This document shows positions 8,412 through 17,250 of a DNA stretch of 59,551 bases, piece after piece. Both the position numbers and the translations under genes were made by a program. The stretch spans positions 1 through 59,551 of the IMG/VR virus record IMGVR_UViG_3300010234_000012, one strand, 5' to 3'. A model generated the notes under the pieces. That model was not told the DNA's origin. It was given only the letters and a program-made list of their open reading frames with translations, and made no database searches. How positions within the stretch are numbered: position 1 is the stretch's first letter; every line of letters starts with the position of its first letter. The stretch comes from a virus. Taxonomy: Duplodnaviria > Caudoviricetes.

Positions 8412-8570
8412 ATGGACGAGCACAGAGCAGAGGCAATAGCCTACATAGCCGTCTTTACTTTCTTAACCATTGCAGTGCTGGCTTGGTCTAGGTGTGCAGG
8501 TAGGTCCATATGCTTAGATCATTGCAAGGATAACGTGGAATGTATCGCTGCTTGTATTGGCGATGAGTAA
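8412..8570 (+). CDS. Small membrane protein with Cys-rich C-terminus (52 aa)
   Basis: AGGAG RBS; TM segment AIAYIAVFTFLTIAVLAW. Confidence 0.65.
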   Translation: MDEHRAEAIAYIAVFTFLTIAVLAWSRCAGRSICLDHCKDNVECIAACIGDE

Positions 8571-8575
8571 CTTAC

Positions 8576-8701
8576 GACCGTAGCGCAGGCTGGGTAGCGT
8601 CGAGCAATCGGCTGCGTAGCCCTGGTAAGCGCACAGGACGCACTACAGGTTGTGTGGTCGGTTGCATGACGATGCAAGCCCCGTCGCTTGGGGCAACGGT
8701 C
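8576..8701 (+). ncRNA. Candidate multibranch structured RNA
   Basis: Intergenic; closing stem GACCGT/ACGGTC and four internal hairpins including a GCAA tetraloop. Confidence 0.55.
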
Positions 8702-8718
8702 ACCCTAATAGGAGATGA

Positions 8719-9015
8719 ATGATGGGCAAGATAAAAGACCAGTATGAGAAATGGCAGCGTGAGATGTGGGAGGATGAGATTCACTTTGAGGCTGCCCCCA
8801 TCTACACTATCAACCTCCCTGAGGGAGTCTACATCAGCACACCCGAAGAGGCCGAAGAAGAGATTCGCAAACTCGATGAGGCGATACTCCGTAACATCGA
8901 ACAGATGGGTGAGACCCGTTGGAACCTTCCCCTTACTTGTGAGCATGAGTGGGTAAGCGCTGGGTTCAGCACTAGTACATATTTCTGCAAACACTGTGAC
9001 GTGGATAAGCCATGA
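8719..9015 (+). CDS. Hypothetical protein with C-terminal CxH...CxxC motif
   Basis: AGGAG RBS; CEHEW...CKHC. Confidence 0.75.
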   Translation: MMGKIKDQYEKWQREMWEDEIHFEAAPIYTINLPEGVYISTPEEAEEEIRKLDEAILRNIEQMGETRWNLPLTCEHEWVSAGFSTSTYFCKHCDVDKP

Positions 9016-9839
9016 GTAAGATCAACATACAAAACTTACCATCCTCCCCTAGGTTCATGCGAGCCTTTGTTGCGAGACCGAACCACAAGATTGTATACAC
9101 AGACTTCGACGCCTTGGAGTTTAAGGTGGCAGCACACCTCACCCAGGACAAGAGCCTGATGTCCCTGTACGGACCGAATGCTAAACCTAATGATGCTCAC
9201 CTGTTCAATGCAGCTAACATGAGATTGTTTGCCGACGAGATCCAGAAGTACTATAACCCCTTGGACCCCACACCTGAGGGCATCAGGCTGGCCAAGGAGA
9301 ACTGTCACACCGTTCGACAGATCGTCAAGATGGCGGGATATGCAATGAGCTACGGGGCACAACCGCCCAAGATATACGACGAGCTACGGACAGCAGGATA
9401 CGATGTCACACTCCGGGACGCTCACCAGATATTTGATGACTACTGGAACACCTACTCTGGTATCGTGCGGTTCACTCAGAAGCTCCAGCAGATGTGGCAA
9501 GACAATGGCAGGTGGGTTTACAACGGTAGGGGGAGACCGCTGTGTGTACCAGGGAAGTATAAAAAAGACCTGTATAATCGGGTAGTTCAGGCTACCGGCC
9601 ATGACTGCTTGATGAGGTATGTGGAGATTCTCGACCAAAGGTTAACGGGTTTAGAGGCGTACCCATGGGACGTGGACAAGCATGATGCAACCGCCTGGGA
9701 GGTTCATGAGGACCAAGCCGAAGAGGTTAAGGAGATGATGCAGGGGGTGTACCCGGCACTCAACAGCGAACTACAGTGGACAGTTGACATCACAGGTGAC
9801 GTTAAGATAGCCGATAACCTAGGGGAGCTAGTAGGATGA
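9012..9839 (+). CDS. polA: Family A DNA polymerase, C-terminal catalytic part
   Basis: Starts MSKINIQNLP; motif A DFDALE, motif B RQIVKMAGYAMSYG (Tyr at the 762-equivalent position), motif C KHDA. Confidence 0.92.
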   Translation: MSKINIQNLPSSPRFMRAFVARPNHKIVYTDFDALEFKVAAHLTQDKSLMSLYGPNAKPNDAHLFNAANMRLFADEIQKYYNPLDPTPEGIRLAKENCHTVRQIVKMAGYAMSYGAQPPKIYDELRTAGYDVTLRDAHQIFDDYWNTYSGIVRFTQKLQQMWQDNGRWVYNGRGRPLCVPGKYKKDLYNRVVQATGHDCLMRYVEILDQRLTGLEAYPWDVDKHDATAWEVHEDQAEEVKEMMQGVYPALNSELQWTVDITGDVKIADNLGELVG

Positions 9840-9860
9840 TAGCGAAGTTTAACCAGGAGA

Positions 9861-10646
9861 TTGACATTGATTCTATATGAGATCCGAGCCACCAAACGCC
9901 GTGTATCCTACCCGATACGCCTCGTCACCAAGGACGCCCTCGCCGATGCACAGGGTTTCCGCAGTGTGTACGGCTACGATACCGAGGTTGCCGACATGGT
10001 ATTAAGCACCAATAGCACCCGAGGTTTGATGGGTATGTCCATGTTCTCCGACGAGCTACTGATCGACATTGACGATGATTGGTCAGGTGCCGAAGCCTTT
10101 GCCGAAGAGATAGGCAACTACTCCTACAGTATGTATGACACCGGGGGCAGATCCATTCACTTCCACATCCCCATCGACCCCATGTACGGTGCCCATGTGC
10201 CAGCCGTCCAGAAACAGTGGGCTCAGGAGTACTGCCCCTGTGCCGACATGTCTATCTACCGCACCTCTGGTGTGTACCGATTGCCTGGAACCTACCACGA
10301 AAAGAACCCCGGCAAGTTCAAGGAGTTGATTGAGGTCAACGAAGGCGAGACCCTGACAGTATCATTGCCGCAGGGTATTGACTCGCTCAACAACATCGTC
10401 GCTGGTATCGCCGAGGACATCGACGAGGAAACAGAAAAGGATAAACTGAACCACCTATTGCTTATGCCTGCTAGGGAAGGTGGGCGTAACAACCACTTAT
10501 ATCGTATTGTAGCTAAATGTGCCACGCTTGGTTTTGAGTTTGGCCGAACCATGGAGATCGCATCCGTATGGAATCAGATGATGTCAAGCCCACCACAGCC
10601 GGAGACAGCAGTGGAAGCGACAGTGAAATCAGCCTACCTGAGATAA
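9861..10646 (+). CDS. AEP-type primase-polymerase with PriCT-like C-terminal domain
   Basis: IDID, TGGRSIHFHI, RLPGT; EGGRNN...WN...PP....V.SAY. Confidence 0.8.
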   Translation: MTLILYEIRATKRRVSYPIRLVTKDALADAQGFRSVYGYDTEVADMVLSTNSTRGLMGMSMFSDELLIDIDDDWSGAEAFAEEIGNYSYSMYDTGGRSIHFHIPIDPMYGAHVPAVQKQWAQEYCPCADMSIYRTSGVYRLPGTYHEKNPGKFKELIEVNEGETLTVSLPQGIDSLNNIVAGIAEDIDEETEKDKLNHLLLMPAREGGRNNHLYRIVAKCATLGFEFGRTMEIASVWNQMMSSPPQPETAVEATVKSAYLR

Positions 10647-11134
10647 GGTGGCCGAAAGGAAAAGACAACCTAGAGCTGCGCCGACGCATAGGTAAGGACC
10701 TACCCAAGATCTTGAGGGGTAGGATGCTGGCCGTGGACCCAGGTAGTAAGACCGCAGGGTGGGCGCTGTTCGAGAAGGGTGTGCTCGTGGACAGCGGGCA
10801 GTTTAAAGCGAGTAGCAGCATGCCTATCCATCGAAGGTTGCAGGTACTCTACGACAAGTTCACGGAACACCAAGCCCCAGACGTGATCTCGATCGAAAGG
10901 CTGAGAGGTTCTATGAGCCACGCCTATCTCTTCTGGGCAGTAGGCATTGCAGTGACTGCGGTGAGAGCGCCCATTATGCTTGAGGTTCCTATCAACGTGT
11001 GGAAGGCTACGGTGCCTAAAGACTATGTAAAGACAGACCAGGCAGATGCAGAGTCTATCGGTGAAGCCGTGGTGATGATCGCTAGAGAGATTGAGTTAGA
11101 AAAGAAAAACGAAAAGAAACATAAGAGGTACTAA
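10568..11134 (+). CDS. RuvC-like Holliday junction resolvase
   Basis: LAVDPGS..GWA, ISIE, DQADA..I. Confidence 0.8.
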   Translation: MESDDVKPTTAGDSSGSDSEISLPEIRWPKGKDNLELRRRIGKDLPKILRGRMLAVDPGSKTAGWALFEKGVLVDSGQFKASSSMPIHRRLQVLYDKFTEHQAPDVISIERLRGSMSHAYLFWAVGIAVTAVRAPIMLEVPINVWKATVPKDYVKTDQADAESIGEAVVMIAREIELEKKNEKKHKRY

Positions 11135-11517
11135 TGAGTTACAAAGATCCATTCCATATACCAGCGAAAAGGCTAGTCGTTGAACACAACGGCGAAGAGG
11201 TGATGTTACTAAACAAACAATTACTAGACCAGCAGAACGCTTGGGAGAATCTTGAATTAATTAAGAAGCTGCACAATATCAGGTTGAACGTAGAAGATCT
11301 ACTAGGTGATACTTCTGGAGCTAATAAAAAGCTACTGCTGAATACATGGACAACAGTTCAGTTTGCTTTACAACGTGCTTGGGGATTTCCCGAGGATAAA
11401 AACTACCACCGCTTCTGGGACATACCCTCATGTGATTGCCCTGAGATGGACAATGACGATCGCTATCCTACAGGCTACTATGTAGTTAGTGGTAAGTGTG
11501 ACTTACATGGGAGCTAG
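11134..11517 (+). CDS. Hypothetical phage protein (Cys/His C-terminus)
   Basis: Coupled ORF; LQ.AWGF..D..YH.FW..P.C.CP.MDN. Confidence 0.75.
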   Translation: MSYKDPFHIPAKRLVVEHNGEEVMLLNKQLLDQQNAWENLELIKKLHNIRLNVEDLLGDTSGANKKLLLNTWTTVQFALQRAWGFPEDKNYHRFWDIPSCDCPEMDNDDRYPTGYYVVSGKCDLHGS

Positions 11518-11758
11518 TCTAGGCTGGCTCGGAGGTATATTACTCGCCCTATGTGCTTTGCCCCAGGCAGTTGCCAGCTATAAGCAAGGGCACTCAGCAG
11601 GTATCTCCATTACGTTCCTGTTCATGTGGGGGTTGGGCGAGCTACTTGTCCTCTTATATGTGTGGCCGTCCCAGGACTGGCCCTTGATTGTTAACTATGC
11701 AGTGAACCTAGTGCTCATTGCGATCATAGCGAGGTATCGACTGTGGCCAAGATCATAA
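11507..11758 (+). CDS. PQ-loop / SemiSWEET-like three-helix membrane protein
   Basis: LGWLGG....ALPQA...YK...SAGIS...W..G......Y.....PLIVN. Confidence 0.8.
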   Translation: MGASLGWLGGILLALCALPQAVASYKQGHSAGISITFLFMWGLGELLVLLYVWPSQDWPLIVNYAVNLVLIAIIARYRLWPRS

Positions 11759-12228
11759 TATTATTATCCCTGCTAACAGGCTGCGGCACAGCATCGGGTT
11801 GGATTTGGCCTACTACCCCCCTCGCCCGTGGAGACTTCGATCCTTTGTTGCAACCCTACATCCAAGAGTTCATCGACAAGTGTGGCAAGACATACGGGGC
11901 AGATATCAGTGCTCTGAGTACTCTGGAGTCGGCCAAGTTTGTTAAGGAGATCAAGGGGTTCCCGGACTACACAATTGGTGTGTGTCGTTGGAGAGGCATG
12001 CTTACTTACATTGAGGTTGCTGACAGCTATATGCATGATCCCCGGCTGAGGGAGTTAGTATTCCACGAACTAGGCCACTGCATTCTAGACCTAGGACACA
12101 CTCCCAATATTGAGGGAGGTATCATGACCCCTAATATGAGACACCAGGCGTTTAGTCCTGTGCAGTGGGAAACTGAAGTACATAAATTCTGCACCCTAAG
12201 ACCAGAGGATACATCATATGATTACTGA
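11743..12228 (+). CDS. Lipoprotein zinc metalloprotease (metzincin-like)
   Basis: Lipobox LTGC; HELGHCILDLGH and Met-turn GIMTP. Confidence 0.8.
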   Translation: MAKIIILLSLLTGCGTASGWIWPTTPLARGDFDPLLQPYIQEFIDKCGKTYGADISALSTLESAKFVKEIKGFPDYTIGVCRWRGMLTYIEVADSYMHDPRLRELVFHELGHCILDLGHTPNIEGGIMTPNMRHQAFSPVQWETEVHKFCTLRPEDTSYDY

Positions 12229-13750
12229 TTCAGTACTTGAAGGCTACACTCTGCGACCAGGACAAGAGTATGCCCTTGGCGAGCTAGAGACATATTGGAA
12301 TGATGCTGAGGTGTTTGCTATCCAGGCCCCGACAGGTGCTGGCAAGTCCCTCCTGGCTCGTACCCTTGCATCCTGGCGCGAGAAGCACGACGAGCAGACA
12401 GCCATCATCACACCTCAGGTGCAGCTTCAGGACCAGTACGCCGATGAGTTCCCCGATCTGCCAGTGGTCAAGGGCAAGCACCGGCACGAATGCTCCCACA
12501 AGGAGATCTCAACCTGTGACGTACACGACGAACTGCTTGGTCGCTACTGCATTGGTTGCCCATACGAGGCATCGAAGCGAGCAGCCAGGTCAGCGCCGAC
12601 AGCGATCTACAACTTCTACACCTACCTCCTGCACGAGGGGCAACGTGAGACCCTGATCGTGGACGAGGCTCATAACCTAATCGACTGCATCGCAGAGTTC
12701 AGCAGCCTTAAGCTGTGGCACCACAAAGACCCAGCCTTAGCCAACATTGAAACCTCGGGCGACCTGCTCGTGTGGTTGGAGAGGGAAGTCAACGGTATGG
12801 CAGGCGAGATCATGCAGCGACGGACCACCAAGAGCAACCTACAAGAGCTGCTCAAGATGGGCCAAGACATATCCATGACAGAGTTCGCGGCAAACAATGC
12901 GTCCCTCGGCAAGCTAGTATCCGCCGACCGCAAGTACCGTCAGCTCATGGCAGGCATCAAGGCATCCTCGGGTAACTTCTTTCTGGAGCAGACCACCGAC
13001 AGCTACCGAGGCGAGACCAAACCTCTGCTGAGGGTGAGGCCAGTGAACATCAAGTATGTACCCCATGCCCTGTGGCCGCAGAACAAGGTCAAACGAATCA
13101 TACTCATGAGTGCTACGATCTCCCGCAAGGACGTGGAGATGCTGGGGCTCGCTAACCGCAAGGTGCGCTACATCAACTGTCCATCGGCTATCCCTCCCGA
13201 GAACCGCCCGATCAAGGTTAAGCCGGTGGGCAGCATGTCGTATCGTACCCAGGACAAGACCTTGCCGAAGATGGCGAAACGTATACTAGAGCTGGCCGAA
13301 CAGCACAAAGGAGAGAAGGGTGTGGTCCATTGCACCTACGGAATTGCTTGGAAATTAAGGGAGCACTTGACAGATAGGAGGTTCCTGTGGCATAATAGGG
13401 AGTCGAAGCTGGAGGTATATGAGAAGTTTCGAGCCAGCGAAGGGGACGAGATACTGATAGCCAGCGGCATGAGTGAGGGTATTGACCTCGTGGAGGACGC
13501 AGGCAGATGGCAGGTGCTGACCAAGGTAATGTACCCATCCCTGGCGGACCCCCTGATCAAGCACAAGATGCAGGAGGATCAAGACTGGTACGACTGGATG
13601 ACTGCCCGTACTCTGATTCAGCAGCTAGGGAGGATCTGCCGTACCCCAAAGGACTATGGCATCACATATATACTGGACTCCAGCTTCGTGGGGTTCTACC
13701 GAAAAACCAGGCGACTGTGGCCTGACTATGTAGTGGAGGCGATGAAGTGA
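12218..13750 (+). CDS. DinG/XPD-like SF2 helicase
   Basis: LRPGQ, APTGAGKS, Cys cluster with CPY, DEAH, MSAT, EGID, QQLGRICR. Confidence 0.9.
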   Translation: MITDSVLEGYTLRPGQEYALGELETYWNDAEVFAIQAPTGAGKSLLARTLASWREKHDEQTAIITPQVQLQDQYADEFPDLPVVKGKHRHECSHKEISTCDVHDELLGRYCIGCPYEASKRAARSAPTAIYNFYTYLLHEGQRETLIVDEAHNLIDCIAEFSSLKLWHHKDPALANIETSGDLLVWLEREVNGMAGEIMQRRTTKSNLQELLKMGQDISMTEFAANNASLGKLVSADRKYRQLMAGIKASSGNFFLEQTTDSYRGETKPLLRVRPVNIKYVPHALWPQNKVKRIILMSATISRKDVEMLGLANRKVRYINCPSAIPPENRPIKVKPVGSMSYRTQDKTLPKMAKRILELAEQHKGEKGVVHCTYGIAWKLREHLTDRRFLWHNRESKLEVYEKFRASEGDEILIASGMSEGIDLVEDAGRWQVLTKVMYPSLADPLIKHKMQEDQDWYDWMTARTLIQQLGRICRTPKDYGITYILDSSFVGFYRKTRRLWPDYVVEAMK

Positions 13751-13950
13751 GTAATACTAAAGAACCCCCAAAGGGTGGACCGTGCAAGGTTCCTTGGTGG
13801 GAATACCAAATAAAAATGAAAGCAGCCTATGACACCCTACGAAATGCCATGGGAAGCTATACCTGGGATCACGACTTCGCCCACACGAAAGGTTTTATGG
13901 AAGGTTATATAGCAGGCATGGAGAAGGTAAAACGGGAGACAGATCTATGA
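13747..13950 (+). CDS. Hypothetical protein
   Basis: GTGA-coupled ORF. Confidence 0.6.
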   Translation: MSNTKEPPKGGPCKVPWWEYQIKMKAAYDTLRNAMGSYTWDHDFAHTKGFMEGYIAGMEKVKRETDL

Positions 13951-15128
13951 GTTATACTAAAGAACAACTAGAATTCTTACGGGAGCAACGAGCGCTGAGG
14001 AAGAAATGGCGCATCGTCACCCGTGAGTTCGAGGAGGAGTTCGGAGTCCCTAAGTCTGAGGATGCTCTCCGCAAAGCCTTCAAGAAATATGAGCTGATGT
14101 ATGAGCTGGACACCGACGAGTTCGAGATCCGTGAGCTACGATCCCTGAGGTCTGCGAGACGTACTGGCAGCAAGAATGCCCGCGAGAACCGTGTGATCTT
14201 GGACTACCTGGAGGACCGTGAGGAACTACTAGACGCTATCGAAGGCTACATCGAGGAGCTGGGCGAGATCAAGGTCCACAAGCCAGCCGTCAAACTATCT
14301 GCCCCATCGAAGGGCAAGCATCGGATGGTGATCGAGGCAATGATTTCTGATGTCCACTACGGCAAGCTGACGGATGAGTTCAACCTAGAGGTGTGCCGGG
14401 AGCGTATGAGGGAATTCACCAGCGTCCTGATCGAGGAGATCCGCAAGGAGTCCGAGCAGTACACTATTGAGAAGGTAGTGATTGCCTGCCTTGGTGACAT
14501 GATCGAGTCAGCTACCATGCATGGACTGGAGAGCGCGAAGGGTTGTGAATTCGGCAACAGTCGCCAGGTGGTAGAGGCAATTAATAGTATGTGGCACGAC
14601 GTATTGATGCCTGTAGGGCAGCTAGGTATCCCAGTGGAGTGTGTCGGAGTAGCCGGTAATCATGACCGCACCGAGGCCAAGCGTACCTACAACAATGTCG
14701 GCGAGGAGAACCTGACGTATGTGATCTACAACTCGCTCCAGATGCTGTGTGAACAAGCAGGCATGACACACGTTGAGTGGTACATCCCCAAGAACAGCTA
14801 CTACCTGTCCAATATATTCAGCGACACTGTGCTGTATGAGCACTATGACAACGCCAAGGCGAATACTGAGGTGGCTCTGAAGGCCCTACTAAACCGTAGG
14901 CAGGAGCAGCTTGGGATCATCGTCAACTATATGCGAGGTGGGCACTTTCACTCTCCCGTGACATGGGGCAGGGGGCATATCATCACCAACGGCTCAGTGC
15001 CCGGACCTGATGGATACTCCGATACCCTTGGGTTCAATAGCCACGCCAGTCAAACCATTAACTATTACATTGATACAGATGAACGTCCAACCACATTCTA
15101 CAAGAACTTTGTAGTCTACTTAAGATAG
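13947..15128 (+). CDS. Calcineurin-like metallophosphoesterase with N-terminal helical (HTH-like) domain
   Basis: SDVHYG, GDMIE, GNHDR, GHFH. Confidence 0.88.
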   Translation: MSYTKEQLEFLREQRALRKKWRIVTREFEEEFGVPKSEDALRKAFKKYELMYELDTDEFEIRELRSLRSARRTGSKNARENRVILDYLEDREELLDAIEGYIEELGEIKVHKPAVKLSAPSKGKHRMVIEAMISDVHYGKLTDEFNLEVCRERMREFTSVLIEEIRKESEQYTIEKVVIACLGDMIESATMHGLESAKGCEFGNSRQVVEAINSMWHDVLMPVGQLGIPVECVGVAGNHDRTEAKRTYNNVGEENLTYVIYNSLQMLCEQAGMTHVEWYIPKNSYYLSNIFSDTVLYEHYDNAKANTEVALKALLNRRQEQLGIIVNYMRGGHFHSPVTWGRGHIITNGSVPGPDGYSDTLGFNSHASQTINYYIDTDERPTTFYKNFVVYLR

Positions 15129-15136
15129 GAGCGAGT

Positions 15137-15319
15137 ATGAAGAAGTATGCATTAGTTACGCTGATGTCAATTGGTATTACTACCGCAGGGTTATTCCTCG
15201 GCAGTATATATTTTAACCTGGGGGTCCATGGAGCTATCTCTATGATCCTTGGTGGAGCCTCTGTGGGTGTTGGGCTCAGCCTGATCGACAGCATATCCAA
15301 GTATGTAGTAGGGAGGTAA
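15137..15319 (+). CDS. Small two-TM membrane protein
   Basis: Two hydrophobic Gly-rich helices; AGGAG RBS. Confidence 0.65.
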   Translation: MKKYALVTLMSIGITTAGLFLGSIYFNLGVHGAISMILGGASVGVGLSLIDSISKYVVGR

Positions 15320-15321
15320 GT

Positions 15322-15597
15322 ATGAATATATTTAATAGTAAAGTTTGGAATGAGACTACGTGGAGGTATAAGCTAGCACAACTGTCCGATGCGAAGGTTG
15401 CATTACTTAATAATCCCCCTAGGGCTACGGTAGGCTCAATTACGGTGCAGATGGAGTCAGCTGATTTAGTTAAAATTACTCACTCCTCAGATGAGGGAAT
15501 AGGTGGTAGGTTTTATGCCTATGATATTAATATACTGCTTATAGCCTTAAATAAACTAAAGAAAAAATTGGACCCACCATCTAAGGAGGACTCTTAA
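15322..15597 (+). CDS. Hypothetical AT-rich protein
   Basis: GGAGG RBS. Confidence 0.65.
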   Translation: MNIFNSKVWNETTWRYKLAQLSDAKVALLNNPPRATVGSITVQMESADLVKITHSSDEGIGGRFYAYDINILLIALNKLKKKLDPPSKEDS

Positions 15598-15806
15598 TGC
15601 CCTTGTACCCCTGGAGACTAAAGGAAGATCACGAGGTTATCGTGGAGATCCAGCGCACCTTCGACGAGTATGACATACCCCCAACAGCCGAAGAGATCGC
15701 CTACTGTGGGCACGATCCAGAGCTGGAGTCGGAGGACTGGGAGAGATTCATAGGCAAGGATATCAAAGTAACCTATGCCCAAGGCTCACTAAAAGGTAGG
15801 ATGTAA
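15597..15806 (+). CDS. Degenerate FmdB-like small protein
   Basis: MPLY.W...E.....E start without Cys. Confidence 0.5.
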   Translation: MPLYPWRLKEDHEVIVEIQRTFDEYDIPPTAEEIAYCGHDPELESEDWERFIGKDIKVTYAQGSLKGRM

Positions 15807-16099
15807 TGAGATTCCTGATACCCATACTAGCTGTCCTGTGCTTAGGAGCACGATCAGTACCAGAGCCTACCCCTGATGAGGAGCGCAACAGGTACGTGAT
15901 GTACTCGTTTATCTTCACCCAGGAGGTATTTAACTGCATGATGATGGCAGCTATCTGTGAGTTGGATATGAAGCAGGATATGCAGCCGACTGTCCGCTGT
16001 GATGAGATGGGCAACCTATGTGTATTGATGTCCCACAAGCGCTGGCAGAAGGTAGTTAAGGAGAATGGCTGGGAGAAATGGGAGGCCGAACGTGAGTAA
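15806..16099 (+). CDS. Secreted Cys-containing protein
   Basis: Signal peptide MRFLIPILAVLCLGA. Confidence 0.65.
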   Translation: MRFLIPILAVLCLGARSVPEPTPDEERNRYVMYSFIFTQEVFNCMMMAAICELDMKQDMQPTVRCDEMGNLCVLMSHKRWQKVVKENGWEKWEAERE

Positions 16100-16409
16100 G
16101 TTAGCGGTTACTCTTCACATATTCCCAAACGTAGGTGCCGTTCAATCCTGGTGGGACCAAAACTATTTAAGTTATGCTAAGGACCTGCAAGAGGGCAAGA
16201 TAAAAATTCAGTACAGGCGAAAATACTTGCCCGAGAGAATTGAGACCCCCACAGAGTTAATAATACTAGTTATTCCTAGGCATCCGAAACACCTACAAGG
16301 ATATGCACCCGACAAGGTAATAGTACACAGGAGCGAATTATATGCAGATGATGTTTGGTTTGAGATTATGCGCTTTAAGTTTATTGGTACTGACTGGGTG
16401 TGCGAGTGA
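16092..16409 (+). CDS. Hypothetical AT-rich protein
   Basis: GGAGG then GTG at 16092. Confidence 0.6.
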   Translation: MSKLAVTLHIFPNVGAVQSWWDQNYLSYAKDLQEGKIKIQYRRKYLPERIETPTELIILVIPRHPKHLQGYAPDKVIVHRSELYADDVWFEIMRFKFIGTDWVCE

Positions 16410-17250
16410 GGGAGAGCCACCGAGAGATCCATTGCCCGGTGCCCTTCGCGCTCAGTTAGAGGAGGTCCGTGCTGATGTCCTATCCTGGGCACCCACCTGC
16501 CGTACTGGAGAGTATGAGTACATCTGCGACGACCGTGGATCTGCTGGGGATATGGTCCTATTCAGCGGACTCTTAGGTTACTGTGAGCCTGTCCTGGCCT
16601 CCGTGGATACCAGTGGCAGGCCCTACCGTACTCCCGCCCGAGCTGATGGACCGCAGAAACACTTCTCCAGGGACATGACCCTCGGCCTGATACGATGCCT
16701 ACACCGCACTAAGGATGTGGCCACGGCAGCTAGGTTCGTGGAGTATGTCCGTGAGAATGACTACCGTTTGTGCCCCCCCGAGGATGATCCTGATGGCAGA
16801 TGTAAGCTCTCTCCCGTCCAGCACCGCACGATATGGGCCATCCTAGGGCAGTTATACAAGCGTCTCGGCCTCACCCGTACCTGGGAGATGATCCAGGCAG
16901 GGGGTGGTGATGACACAATCCTGGAGTATGAGTCCAATTGGACCCCTGTAGGGTATCAGTTGCACCTCGTAGCCATTAAGTGGATGATAAGAAAAGAGCT
17001 GGGAGATCCGGCACCTAGCGTGATCATGAAGAATATCCTTGACAGACAGCCAGAAAACCTGTATTATAAGTGGTTGAGGGGTAGTAGTCGCAAGGAGATA
17101 GCGGAAGATATCCTGAGAGTTGTCCCTCGGTTCGAGCCTGATCGCAGGCACCAGTGGTCCTGGCAGCGGGACACAGCAGAGATGGCCTGGTTGGATAGCA
17201 TGGGTTGGGATATGATCTTCCTGATAGATGAGGTACTACATGGCAGATGA
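16342..17250 (+). CDS. Lipoprotein of unknown function (about 300 aa)
   Basis: Lipobox LTGC; long ORF with phage-like codon use. Confidence 0.75.
   Translation: MQMMFGLRLCALSLLVLTGCASEGEPPRDPLPGALRAQLEEVRADVLSWAPTCRTGEYEYICDDRGSAGDMVLFSGLLGYCEPVLASVDTSGRPYRTPARADGPQKHFSRDMTLGLIRCLHRTKDVATAARFVEYVRENDYRLCPPEDDPDGRCKLSPVQHRTIWAILGQLYKRLGLTRTWEMIQAGGGDDTILEYESNWTPVGYQLHLVAIKWMIRKELGDPAPSVIMKNILDRQPENLYYKWLRGSSRKEIAEDILRVVPRFEPDRRHQWSWQRDTAEMAWLDSMGWDMIFLIDEVLHGR

Noticed and set aside
7287-9014. Canonical group I/II intron or split intein in polA
   Set aside because: No recognisable P7 core or domain V, no homing endonuclease or RT, and no intein terminal motifs; the gap is filled with ordinary coupled ORFs. 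Non-canonical joining is kept as a hypothesis
6090-9839. polA pseudogene
   Set aside because: All exonuclease and polymerase motifs are intact, and both halves have plausible starts
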